A DNA stretch of 30,124 nt. It comes from a virus. The stretch lies in the IMG/VR virus record IMGVR_UViG_3300045988_119602, positions 1 through 30,124 of that record. One strand, written 5' to 3'. The notes below the pieces were generated by a model. That model had not been told where the DNA came from and searched no databases. It saw only the letters and a list, made by a program, of their open reading frames with translations. This document shows, piece after piece, positions 1 through 8,395 of the stretch (the stretch's first letter is position 1; each line of letters starts with the position of its first letter). Position numbers and translations under genes: made by a program.

Positions 1-54
1 TGATATACTATAAATGTAGCCAGGAAGGGCTACACAACGAAAGGAAAGAAAATG
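1..54. repeat. Terminal direct repeat (wrap-around overlap): nt 1-54 are identical to nt 30071-30124. Genome unit length is 30,070 bp.
   Basis: Direct comparison of the first and last 54 nt (tgatatactataaatgtagccaggaagggctacacaacgaaaggaaagaaaatg) shows they are identical. The ATG at 52 equals the ATG at 30122. Confidence 0.95.
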
Positions 55-516
55 GAACAGGAAACCGTGAAGAACGAGCGTAAGTACGAACTGATTAAAG
101 AAGACACGATCACTATTGGGGACAATAAGCTTCATAGGGTTAAGGCGTTAAAAGATTCCAAATTTTTTAAAGCTGGGGATATTGGCGGGTATATTGAGAA
201 AGTAGAAAACCTGTCTATGTCTGGTGATGCTTGGGTGTCTGGTAACGCACGGGTGTCTGGTAACGCACGGGTGTCTGGTGACGCACGGGTGTCTGGACAA
301 AAATCAATGATTACTATTCTTGATATTGGAAGAGAGCGAGGGTGCCTTACAATCCATTCAGATTATAAAATTGGAGTTAGGGTAACACGGGGTTGTTTCA
401 CTGGCAGTATTGACGAATTTCTATCAGCTGTTGAAAAAACTCATGGTGATAATATTCACGGAAAAATCTACCGCGCAGCTATTGAGATGGCAAAAATACA
501 GTTTGAGTTAGATTAA
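52..516 (+). CDS. Hexapeptide-repeat protein of unknown function (conserved phage protein upstream of the terminase genes)
   Basis: 154-aa ORF. ATG 52 follows a purine-rich RBS (cgaaaggaaagaaa). The centre carries SG[DN]A[WR]V x4. The flanks KLHRVKALKD..KAGDIGGYIE and GCFTGSIDEF..THGD resemble a widespread phage family I recall only as hypothetical (not searched). Confidence 0.8.
   Translation: MEQETVKNERKYELIKEDTITIGDNKLHRVKALKDSKFFKAGDIGGYIEKVENLSMSGDAWVSGNARVSGNARVSGDARVSGQKSMITILDIGRERGCLTIHSDYKIGVRVTRGCFTGSIDEFLSAVEKTHGDNIHGKIYRAAIEMAKIQFELD
220..297 (+). repeat. 18-nt tandem repeat, 4.3 copies, in frame (encodes SGDAWV-SGNARV-SGNARV-SGDARV-SG)
   Basis: Units at 220-237, 238-255, 256-273 and 274-291, plus a partial unit at 292-297. 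Copies 2 and 3 are identical (tctggtaacgcacgggtg). Confidence 0.95.
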
Positions 517-525
517 TAACCGCTT

Positions 526-558
526 GTAACCTCCATGTATAATATGCATGGAGGTTAC
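526..558 (+). promoter_or_regulatory. Perfect 12-bp inverted repeat (gtaacctccatg / catggaggttac) with a 9-nt loop tataatatg. The 3' arm contains the terS Shine-Dalgarno GGAGG.
   Basis: Arms at 526-537 and 547-558 are exact reverse complements. ATG of the next gene is at 562. The loop holds a TATAAT hexamer. Confidence 0.6.
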
Positions 559-561
559 GTT

Positions 562-1164
562 ATGTCTGATAAAAAGCAATGGTATCAGGGTATGAAATGT
601 ACTGCGGTTAGCCGTAGGACTGGCAGACCCTGTGGTAGTTACGCAGTTAAAGGGACTGTCGTATGCCGCAAGCATGGCGGGTCGGCTCCGCAGATAAAAA
701 AAGCCGCGAAACTGAATTACGCACGTTACGTTGTGCAAGAGAAAGTTCGCCGCAAGGTAGGCGAACTGGCTGTTGATGTTCCTATCGAGTCGCGTGTTAC
801 TGACCCGCTTATTGAGTTACAGCGCCTAACTACTGAGGCTATCCATTTCAAGGATATTCTCGGACGTATGGTGAATGAGCTAAATCATAATATTGAGCAC
901 TTCACAGAAGAGGGTTCGCTGCAAATCCGTGCTGCCGTGCAGCTTTACGGCGAGGCTATGGATCGCACAGCCAAGTTCCTTGATATGGCTATGAAACATG
1001 ATATTGCAGGTAAGATAATGCAGATTGAGGCAGCTAAGGTATCTGCTATTTCTGCTGCCATTTCGCGTGCTATAGCGTCTGCCGGGCTGACTAGCGAGCA
1101 GGAAAATGCTGTACGTAATACGCTCGCTATTGAACTGCACGCACTGGAAGCGCAGGAGGGGTAA
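562..1164 (+). CDS. terS: Terminase small subunit (putative)
   Basis: ATG 562 lies 6 nt after GGAGG (551-555). The track ORF from 535 would start inside the hairpin. The N-terminal Cys-rich motif C..SRRTGRPCG....G..VCRKHGGSAP is, as I recall, typical of actinophage small terminases. The gene sits directly upstream of terL. Confidence 0.6.
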   Translation: MSDKKQWYQGMKCTAVSRRTGRPCGSYAVKGTVVCRKHGGSAPQIKKAAKLNYARYVVQEKVRRKVGELAVDVPIESRVTDPLIELQRLTTEAIHFKDILGRMVNELNHNIEHFTEEGSLQIRAAVQLYGEAMDRTAKFLDMAMKHDIAGKIMQIEAAKVSAISAAISRAIASAGLTSEQENAVRNTLAIELHALEAQEG

Positions 1165-2644
1165 AATATTCTACTCGGAATTGGCGCGTGCCGTAGCCCC
1201 ACGCACCGTATCATGGGCTACCCCCGGTGAGCTTGCAGCAGATTTAGACCCTAAAAATGTTCAGACCCCCGCACTTGATGTTATTGACGCGGCGCTTGTG
1301 CGCGCCTACAACACACCTGATGCAAGGTTAATTATTTCTATGCCACCACAGGAAGGTAAATCCCAGCGCGCCACACGCAGATTTACAGAGTGGGTTTTAT
1401 CTAAAGACCCTGATAAGCGTGTGATTATCGCCTCATATCAGGCTGCTATTGCGTCTGACTGGGGGCGCACTATCCGCAATGACATTCGCGAGCATGGCGA
1501 CAAAATGCAAATAGAGCTTGCGGCTGACTCATCGGCAGCGCACTACTGGCATATACGAGGACATTCTGGCTCGCTATTCTGCACTGGTGTAGGCGGCTCA
1601 ATGACCGGTAAACCTGCTGACGTGCTGATTATTGATGACCCTGTGCGTGGCATGGAAGACGCGCGCTCAGAGGCTTACCAGCGTCGCGCTTGGTCTTGGT
1701 GGACATCAACCGCATCTACCCGTCTAGCCCCCGGTGCACCCGTGATTATGATTCTTACCCGCTGGCATGAAAACGATCTAGCGGGTCAGGTGATGGCTAA
1801 TCAGCCCGGCGAATGGGAGTACATACGCATCCCCGCGCAGGCAGACCATAGGCCAGAATACGGTGAGACAGATATTCTTGGGCGCGAGCCAGGAGAATTC
1901 ATGATTAGCGCCCGCGGTAGGTCACGTGAAAACTGGGAAAAGCGTAAGCGAGACGCTAACCCGCAGGCATGGGCAGCGTTATATCAGGGCACGCCTGCAC
2001 CTGATGAGGGCGGAACATTTCCTAAGTCTGATGACCTAGCGCGCTATACGTCGCCTATCTGGATAGAAAATGCAGACGGGTCACGCACATTCCCAGGCAT
2101 ATCAAATGGCGGAATACTTGTACAATCTTGGGACTTGACCTTCAAAGACACTACAGGGTCTGACTACGCTGTGGGACAAACATGGTACGCAGAGGGAAAC
2201 ACGGCATACCTAGTATACATGGTGCGTGAGAGGATGAATTTCACCCGCACATGCGAAGCCATAGAAGCTATGGCAGCGAAATACCCACAGGCAACAATCA
2301 AATATGTGGAAGACAAGGCGAATGGTCCCGCTGTGATTGACTCGCTGCGGTCACGTGTGCCTGGGATTATTCCTGTGAACCCTGAGGGCGGTAAGGTTGT
2401 GCGCGCTAACGCTGTTACTGCGTATATTCATGCGAAAAATGTGCTATTTCCGTCGCCGGCTCTACTGCCGAATGTGGAAGAGCTGATAACAGAGATGCGG
2501 CAATTCCCATCTGGTGCACACGATGATACTGTGGATGCTATGACACAGGCGCTAAACCAAATCTTCCACCACCCGATATACGGCGGGTATGATGATGTGC
2601 AAGACTATACCGAATCTGACTATGAGATAGGATACGCATACTAA
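1106..2644 (+). CDS. terL: Terminase large subunit
   Basis: Walker-A-like PPQEGKS, Walker-B-like VLIIDDP, the TRWHENDL motif and the C-terminal nuclease motif HDDTVDAMTQAL. The start is uncertain: ATG 1106 has a weak RBS and overlaps terS by 59 nt, and TTG 1181 is an alternative. Confidence 0.9.
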   Translation: MLYVIRSLLNCTHWKRRRGKIFYSELARAVAPRTVSWATPGELAADLDPKNVQTPALDVIDAALVRAYNTPDARLIISMPPQEGKSQRATRRFTEWVLSKDPDKRVIIASYQAAIASDWGRTIRNDIREHGDKMQIELAADSSAAHYWHIRGHSGSLFCTGVGGSMTGKPADVLIIDDPVRGMEDARSEAYQRRAWSWWTSTASTRLAPGAPVIMILTRWHENDLAGQVMANQPGEWEYIRIPAQADHRPEYGETDILGREPGEFMISARGRSRENWEKRKRDANPQAWAALYQGTPAPDEGGTFPKSDDLARYTSPIWIENADGSRTFPGISNGGILVQSWDLTFKDTTGSDYAVGQTWYAEGNTAYLVYMVRERMNFTRTCEAIEAMAAKYPQATIKYVEDKANGPAVIDSLRSRVPGIIPVNPEGGKVVRANAVTAYIHAKNVLFPSPALLPNVEELITEMRQFPSGAHDDTVDAMTQALNQIFHHPIYGGYDDVQDYTESDYEIGYAY

Positions 2645-4050
2645 TGAGTATTTTCAGTGCGCGCCGCGAGCGCCGCGAGCTGCAAGAAGCCACCCGAGAC
2701 CTACAGGAATCAATCGCCGATCTAGAACAGGCTTGGGCACAAAACACAGAATGGCGCTCCATCGCAGCCGCAGCAGAAACAGAATTCTCCCTATCAGGAA
2801 TCCAGAATATTGCTGAGACCTGCCGTGTGCTCGCCGTTGCAGACCCACTAGGCAAGCGCGGCGTGAGCATCCGCGCATCCTACGTGTTTGGGTCTGGGGT
2901 AGGTATCACCTGTGAGGAAGAATCCGGCGTAAATGAGATTATCCAAGATTTTCTAGACGATCCAGATAACCGCATCTCCCTTACCGGACACAGTGCACAC
3001 CAAGCACTCGGCGTGCAGGAAGCCGCAGACGGAAACATATTTTTTCTGCTATTCTCCGACCCCGCTACAGGTCGCACCGTAGCACGCACCGAAGGCATCG
3101 AACATATCGAGAAAATCCTGCCAATGCAGGAAGACAGCGCCCGCCCAGCGCTATACCTACGCTCCCACTGGCAAGACGGGCGCACAGTCAAGACCTGGCA
3201 CCCCGCACTAGGGTACCAGCCAGCGAGCAGTTACGCGGAGGTAGACGGCGTGCCTGTGGACTGGAACACACCCATCTACCACCACGCCGTAAACCGCATA
3301 CCCATGTCACTACTAGGCACACCCGATCTATTCGCAGCCTCACCCTGGATAAGCGCATACAAAAACTACCTGCAAGACTGGGCGCGATTGATGCGCGCGA
3401 TAAGCAAAATAAGCCACCGCATCACAGGCAAAACATCACGCGCCGTACAAGAAGCACGCCGCGCAATACAGCAAGCCGCCGCAGCCACACAGCCAGGCGC
3501 AATAGGCATAGTAGACGCAGAAATCACAACCATACCAAACACAGGCGCAACCATCGACGCAGAATCAGGCAAACCACTCGCCGCAATGGTCGCCGCCGCA
3601 CTAGGCGTACCCGTAACCATGCTGCTCGCCGATCCCGGACAGACAGGAGCGCGCGCAGTAGCCGAAACACTCGACCGACCCCTGCAACTCGAAATCGAAG
3701 CACGCCGGCGCACCTGGGAAGAAACCTACCGCGCCATCATCAACCACATAATCAACACCCAAATAGCGCTAGGCAACCTCCCCACAGAAGCACCCCGCAC
3801 TATCACATTCCACTGGGACGACATCACACCCGAACCCACCCAAGCACAGCTAGACGCAATAACCACAGCAGACCAACTCGGCGTACTCCCACTCGACCAA
3901 ACCGCACTACTCGCAATGCGTGCCCTAGGCATCACAGACCCAGACGAAAAAATCAACCAGCTCCGCGACGCAGACGGAAACATCCACCGCACCACCGAAA
4001 CCACCGGCGACGCACTCATCCGCGCCGCATACGCAGGAGAAATCAAATGA
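2644..4050 (+). CDS. Portal protein
   Basis: 468 aa, immediately after terL with a TAATG stop/start overlap. Size and position are typical of a portal, and it is followed by a MuF-like gene. Confidence 0.8.
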   Translation: MSIFSARRERRELQEATRDLQESIADLEQAWAQNTEWRSIAAAAETEFSLSGIQNIAETCRVLAVADPLGKRGVSIRASYVFGSGVGITCEEESGVNEIIQDFLDDPDNRISLTGHSAHQALGVQEAADGNIFFLLFSDPATGRTVARTEGIEHIEKILPMQEDSARPALYLRSHWQDGRTVKTWHPALGYQPASSYAEVDGVPVDWNTPIYHHAVNRIPMSLLGTPDLFAASPWISAYKNYLQDWARLMRAISKISHRITGKTSRAVQEARRAIQQAAAATQPGAIGIVDAEITTIPNTGATIDAESGKPLAAMVAAALGVPVTMLLADPGQTGARAVAETLDRPLQLEIEARRRTWEETYRAIINHIINTQIALGNLPTEAPRTITFHWDDITPEPTQAQLDAITTADQLGVLPLDQTALLAMRALGITDPDEKINQLRDADGNIHRTTETTGDALIRAAYAGEIK

Positions 4051-4892
4051 CCCCAGAAGAATACGCACAAAACCTACAAGACGACCTCACCCAAATAGAA
4101 AACCAAGCCGCACAACCACTCATCATCGCCGCACACAAAAACCACCAAAACCTAACCACCACACTCGCCGCCATCACCGCACTAGACACACTCACACCAC
4201 GACACACACGCCGCCGCCAAGAACGCACCGCACTCGCCACCTACGCCGCAACCCTAGCCACCATCCAACACCAAACCAACCAAGCAGCAGAACAAGCCGC
4301 ACAGCAAGCCACCGCCACCACACACCACCACCTCCAAAACTACACAACCCAAACACTCCCACAACCCACACCACCACCCAAACCAGAAAAAATCAACATA
4401 ACTAGCCTAAAAACCAAAATCACACAAATAGCCACCGCCATCACACTAGGCATAAACCTAGCCACCCAACAAGCCACACGACACACCACCCAAACACTCA
4501 CCCAAAACATCCAAACCGAAGGCTGGCAATGGGTCGCACAACTCGACAAAAACACATGCCGATCATGCATCATGCACCACGGAGAAAAACACATGACAGG
4601 TACACTACACTCACACCCAAACTGCCGTTGCGTAATGGCACCGCTTCTAAGTCAGTATCCTGACATTACCGCTCGTAACTCGGGTAGGGAGTGGTTTGAC
4701 TCACTCGATTTCGATTCACAGGTAGAAGCTATAGCTGGTGTCGCTTCGTCGCCTCAGGGTATGAAGGTTGTGCGTGGTCTGGCTGATGGTTCTATTGCGT
4801 GGTCTGATTTGTCGAGGCGTGCCCGCTGGTATGATGGTTCCATGTATTGGACGCAGCGTAATTTGTCTGACATTTTAGCTAGGAGGAAATAG
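4047..4892 (+). CDS. Minor head protein, phage Mu F / SPP1 gp7-like, with a long T/Q/H/A/P-rich low-complexity N-terminal part
   Basis: ATGA overlap with the portal stop. The C-terminal motif WVAQLDKNTCRSCIMHHGEKH....HSHPNCRCVMAP matches the MuF-family signature (lD.rTC..C...G......HpnCRC). Confidence 0.8.
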   Translation: MTPEEYAQNLQDDLTQIENQAAQPLIIAAHKNHQNLTTTLAAITALDTLTPRHTRRRQERTALATYAATLATIQHQTNQAAEQAAQQATATTHHHLQNYTTQTLPQPTPPPKPEKINITSLKTKITQIATAITLGINLATQQATRHTTQTLTQNIQTEGWQWVAQLDKNTCRSCIMHHGEKHMTGTLHSHPNCRCVMAPLLSQYPDITARNSGREWFDSLDFDSQVEAIAGVASSPQGMKVVRGLADGSIAWSDLSRRARWYDGSMYWTQRNLSDILARRK

Positions 4893-5806
4893 TGTCGAGT
4901 GTGCATTTGATTGAGGCTGAGGGGGAGCCGACCGGTTCCCTTGTGGCTGTGACTATCATTACGCCGGGTAAGGGGTCTTCTGGTGAGTACCCGCCCGAGA
5001 CTATTAAGAAGCTTGCAGAGTCGCCTATCTGGGATTCGCCTGTACACATGTATATGAACCATGCGACAGGGTCTGAGCGTGCGTCTCGTCCTGAGGGTGA
5101 TATTCGGGAGCTTGCCGGTGTGATTGACGGTCGCCCCGTGATTGATGATTCGGGCGCACTGGTGGGGCGTGCGAAGATTTTCCCTGAGTACAGGGATTTT
5201 ATCCGTGAGCGTGCACCATATATAGGTGTGTCTATAAATGCGTCTGGTATAATAGCGCCTGGAAAAGACCGTGTGATCCAGGAGATTACCCAGGTCGATT
5301 CCGTCGATTTTGTTACGAAGCCGGGGCGCGGCGGAAAAATTACTGCCGTCCTGGAATCTAGTAGAGAGGTGGACGGCATGGCGAACATTGTTGAAGCTAT
5401 TGACGTACCCGTGGCTAAGCCCACACCCGCACCTGTGCAGGATGCGCCTAAGGCTGAGTCACCAGAAGTTGCCGATTTGAAGAAGCAAGTTGAAGACCTG
5501 AAGGCTGAGCGTGACGAGCTGAAAGCCAAGGTCGAAGAACTCGAAGCTGAGAGTGCTAAGAAGGATGCTGAGGCTGTCGTAGCTGAAGCATTCCGCAACG
5601 TGGACGCGCCCATGGCTCGCAAGATGCTTGTAGAGTCCGCAGCGTCACTGAGCAAGGATGAGTTCGAGACCCGTGTGCAGGAATCCCTACGCGAAGTACT
5701 CGCAGCAAAGAGCGCACAGTCGCCTGTGTACGGCATGGGGGCGCACGTGCAGGAATCCAAGTCTGCAACTGTTGATGACATTCTTTCGATCATGAAGGGG
5801 CTATAA
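4892..5806 (+). CDS. Capsid scaffolding protein (possibly a protease/scaffold-type head maturation protein)
   Basis: GTG 4892 follows AGGAGG. The product is acidic with a C-terminal coiled coil (KKQVEDLKAERDELKAKVEELEAESAKKDAE). It lies between the MuF-like and capsid genes. Confidence 0.55.
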   Translation: MSSVHLIEAEGEPTGSLVAVTIITPGKGSSGEYPPETIKKLAESPIWDSPVHMYMNHATGSERASRPEGDIRELAGVIDGRPVIDDSGALVGRAKIFPEYRDFIRERAPYIGVSINASGIIAPGKDRVIQEITQVDSVDFVTKPGRGGKITAVLESSREVDGMANIVEAIDVPVAKPTPAPVQDAPKAESPEVADLKKQVEDLKAERDELKAKVEELEAESAKKDAEAVVAEAFRNVDAPMARKMLVESAASLSKDEFETRVQESLREVLAAKSAQSPVYGMGAHVQESKSATVDDILSIMKGL

Positions 5807-5809
5807 ACA

Positions 5810-6136
5810 ATGGCTATCAACGTATCCTACGGCAAAGGCGAACACATCGCGCTCATTGCCGACAAAAAGTACGTATCCGGTGCACCCGTCCGCATTGGCG
5901 CTATCGCAGGTGTCGCAATGACTACCGCAGAGCAGGGGCAGAAAGTCACCATCTGGCGCAACGGGTCATACCGTCTGCCAGTGAAAGAAACCGTGCAGGC
6001 TGGCACAATCGTCAAGCTCGGTACCGACGGCGTACTCACCACTGGCGCAGGCAAAATCTGGGGAGTCGCACTCCAAACCTCTGCATCCGCTGGCGCAACC
6101 GTCGAGGTTGCACCCGTAGGCGTAGCATTCGACTAA
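5810..6136 (+). CDS. DUF2190-like head decoration / capsid cement protein
   Basis: 108 aa, Gly/Val/Ala-rich beta-type sequence with the pattern G.PV..G...GVA....QGQKVTI...G.Y.LPV.....G..V. It sits directly upstream of the major capsid gene, the usual place for this family. Confidence 0.55.
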   Translation: MAINVSYGKGEHIALIADKKYVSGAPVRIGAIAGVAMTTAEQGQKVTIWRNGSYRLPVKETVQAGTIVKLGTDGVLTTGAGKIWGVALQTSASAGATVEVAPVGVAFD

Positions 6137-6155
6137 ACCAAGAAGGAACCAAATA

Positions 6156-7226
6156 ATGAGTGAATTTCTTAATTATGAAAAGCTGCGCGACACTGGTGCA
6201 ACCCAGCGCGTAGCAGAAGCCGCCACCATCCTCCGCGATGGCATCCGTGGCGGGTACACTGCACAGGCTCGTTTGCAGGAAGCGCTTACTACTAGTGATT
6301 TTCCTGCTTTGCTTGGACGCGCTTTCGAGTACGAAGTCTTGGACTTGTACCGTGGCTACGAAACCCAGTGGCAGAAGGTAGCACAGACCACGCGCCTGTC
6401 GTCCTTTAATCCTACCCCGCTGGCTACCCTAGCAGGTGACATTGACTATATGCATGTCAATGAAGCGGAAGAGTACAAGGCTGCTGACCTGCTGCCTGGA
6501 ACCGTGCAGATCAAGAATGACAAGTATGGTAGGGTGTTCCCCTTCACATGGGAAGACGTTGTAAACAAAAACTGGGATAAGTTAACCCAGATTCCTAAGC
6601 GCCTAGCTGCTGGTGCAGCAAAGCTGGAAGATAAGGTAGTGTTCTCTACCTTGTTCGATGCGCAGGGCATTAATCAGGCATTCTTCTCTGGCGCGTCCGT
6701 GGCTGACACTAAGGCGCTATCGCTTGAGAACTTGAAGGCAGCATACGCTGCTGTGTCTGGTCGTGACGGCGTGCATGGTTCCGCTATCGACGTTGAGCGC
6801 ATGGTACTGGTGGTTCCGTCTGCTCTGGCTGTTCAGGCTCGCGAGATTCTGGGTGCTAAGGAAATCCGCACCAAGTCCGGTAACTCTGAGACTGTTTCGG
6901 CTAACTTCCTTTCGTCCAACATCGATATTGCGGTTGTGCCTCAGCTCGCACAGCTGAACCCGGCTGTTACTAAGAAGAACACTACCTGGTTCCTTCTGCC
7001 TGCTGCTGGTTCCGCTAATCCTGCTATCCAGCGCGCAACCCTGGTTGGGCATGAAACCCCTGACCTGCGTATCAGCAATAACACTGGTATCTCTGTTACC
7101 GGTGCAAGCATTGATGCGCGTGAAGGCGGCTTCTCTGATGATACTATTGCTTACCGCGGTCGCCACGTCACCGGCGCTGCTGCTGTCTTTGCACATGCAG
7201 CTTACGCATCTGACGGAACCAAGTAA
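6156..7226 (+). CDS. Major capsid protein
   Basis: 356 aa with RBS gaagga. The position after scaffold and decoration genes, the size and the codon usage fit a highly expressed structural gene. Confidence 0.8.
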   Translation: MSEFLNYEKLRDTGATQRVAEAATILRDGIRGGYTAQARLQEALTTSDFPALLGRAFEYEVLDLYRGYETQWQKVAQTTRLSSFNPTPLATLAGDIDYMHVNEAEEYKAADLLPGTVQIKNDKYGRVFPFTWEDVVNKNWDKLTQIPKRLAAGAAKLEDKVVFSTLFDAQGINQAFFSGASVADTKALSLENLKAAYAAVSGRDGVHGSAIDVERMVLVVPSALAVQAREILGAKEIRTKSGNSETVSANFLSSNIDIAVVPQLAQLNPAVTKKNTTWFLLPAAGSANPAIQRATLVGHETPDLRISNNTGISVTGASIDAREGGFSDDTIAYRGRHVTGAAAVFAHAAYASDGTK

Positions 7227-7249
7227 GCTATACTAGGAAGGTAAGCTCT

Positions 7250-7642
7250 ATGTCTCTGACAGCAGAAGATATTTACACGATCCGCCTACTGGTAAACGAT
7301 TTACCAAGCGACGATAAGCAGGTGCACGATCATGAGACTATCTTCTCTGACAGGGACATAGAGCTTCTAGCGTCTCTGGAGCCTGCTAGTGTCGCGGCTG
7401 TTGTTGTGCGTCGTGTCGCAGCCCGCCTGCTGCGGCGAATGGCAACAGATGAAAACCTGCTGTCCAAGAAAATTACGACACAGGATTTATCTGTTGATGG
7501 TGTCGCCGTGGCTGCTGAGTTGCGGGCGCAGGCCGACGCACTGGATGCTGAAGCTACCCGTATTCATGATGAGGGCGACCCGATGCTTGGTGCTTGGTTC
7601 GAGCCGATGGGGGAGTGCCGCTATGGCTCGCTATACTTCTAA
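7250..7642 (+). CDS. Head-tail connector / adaptor protein (putative)
   Basis: 130 aa with RBS ggaagg. It is the first gene after the capsid gene. The call is by synteny only. Confidence 0.5.
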   Translation: MSLTAEDIYTIRLLVNDLPSDDKQVHDHETIFSDRDIELLASLEPASVAAVVVRRVAARLLRRMATDENLLSKKITTQDLSVDGVAVAAELRAQADALDAEATRIHDEGDPMLGAWFEPMGECRYGSLYF

Positions 7643-8066
7643 GCAGCGTGTAGTGCCGCGTGACTGGTCGCTACGTTTGGCACCTGTTATTGAGCAGGGT
7701 ATGACGGCTATGGTTGATGTGCTCGCGCCAGCTGCTGTGAACATTAAGGCACCGCTTGCGGGTGTGGTTGAGAAGCGCGTGTTTACGGATGTGACTTGCC
7801 GTATCCAGGAGCTTAACCGTTACGCAGATAACGTGACTGGTAGTGTGCAGGACGCGGCTACACGTGATTATCTGGTGCAGATGCCGTTGCGTATGTGGGA
7901 GTTACAGGGCGGCTTACGTAATCACGTGCTCGTTGTCACAGCGTCTAATATTCCTGGCATGCATGGTAAGCGGTTCACTGTTAAGCAGATCATGGCTGGC
8001 TCGCTGCTTGGGTCTATCGACCTTATCTGTGGTGAGATGCAGAACCAGAAAGCAGGCGCGAAATGA
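7623..8066 (+). CDS. Head closure / head-tail joining protein (putative)
   Basis: ATG 7623 is preceded by GGGGGAG. The longer track ORF from 7389 overlaps most of the previous gene and was trimmed. The call is by synteny only. Confidence 0.55.
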   Translation: MARYTSKQRVVPRDWSLRLAPVIEQGMTAMVDVLAPAAVNIKAPLAGVVEKRVFTDVTCRIQELNRYADNVTGSVQDAATRDYLVQMPLRMWELQGGLRNHVLVVTASNIPGMHGKRFTVKQIMAGSLLGSIDLICGEMQNQKAGAK

Positions 8067-8395
8067 TGCAGCAGGACTGGGAAGAAATGACAAAGCTGGC
8101 TGTTACCTTTCAGGTTGCGGCGGCACACGATTTCTCCCCTCAGGTACTCGCTGCCGGTAAGATACTGCGGGACGAAGCGAAACGCCGCGCACCAGTACGC
8201 ACAGGGTACCTGCGCTCAAACATCACAGCCGCCAAGGCTGGCAAGAACGCAGCTGACGTTATCTCTGCCGCACCATACGCCGCATACGTGGAATTTGGTA
8301 CGTCTAAGATGGCACCACGTGCACATCTACGCCCTGCGATTGATGCGACCATGGATGATATGGTTGCTGCGATTGTTGAGGGGGTAGAGCTGTGA
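8063..8395 (+). CDS. HK97 gp10-like tail-completion / neck protein
   Basis: ATGA overlap with the upstream stop. The motif VRTGYLRSNI....AAPYAAYVEFGTSKMAPRAHLRPA is characteristic of the HK97 gp10 family. Confidence 0.75.
   Translation: MMQQDWEEMTKLAVTFQVAAAHDFSPQVLAAGKILRDEAKRRAPVRTGYLRSNITAAKAGKNAADVISAAPYAAYVEFGTSKMAPRAHLRPAIDATMDDMVAAIVEGVEL

Noticed and set aside
220-297. Possible CRISPR-like or other non-coding repeat array
   Set aside because: The repeats are contiguous with no spacers, 18 nt long, in frame and inside a well-supported ORF. It is a coding hexapeptide repeat.
4879-5820. 313-aa ORF on the minus strand
   Set aside because: It is fully antisense to the scaffold gene. The translation is Ser/Ala/Thr-rich and low in complexity, there is no RBS, and the sense gene has a strong AGGAGG and fits synteny. 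It is a shadow ORF.
7389-7622. Long upstream part of ORF 7389-8066, and the alternative-frame ORFs 7843-8160 and 8115-8387
   Set aside because: They overlap better-supported genes (7250-7642, 8063-8395) in other frames, have Cys/Arg-rich implausible translations and lack an RBS.
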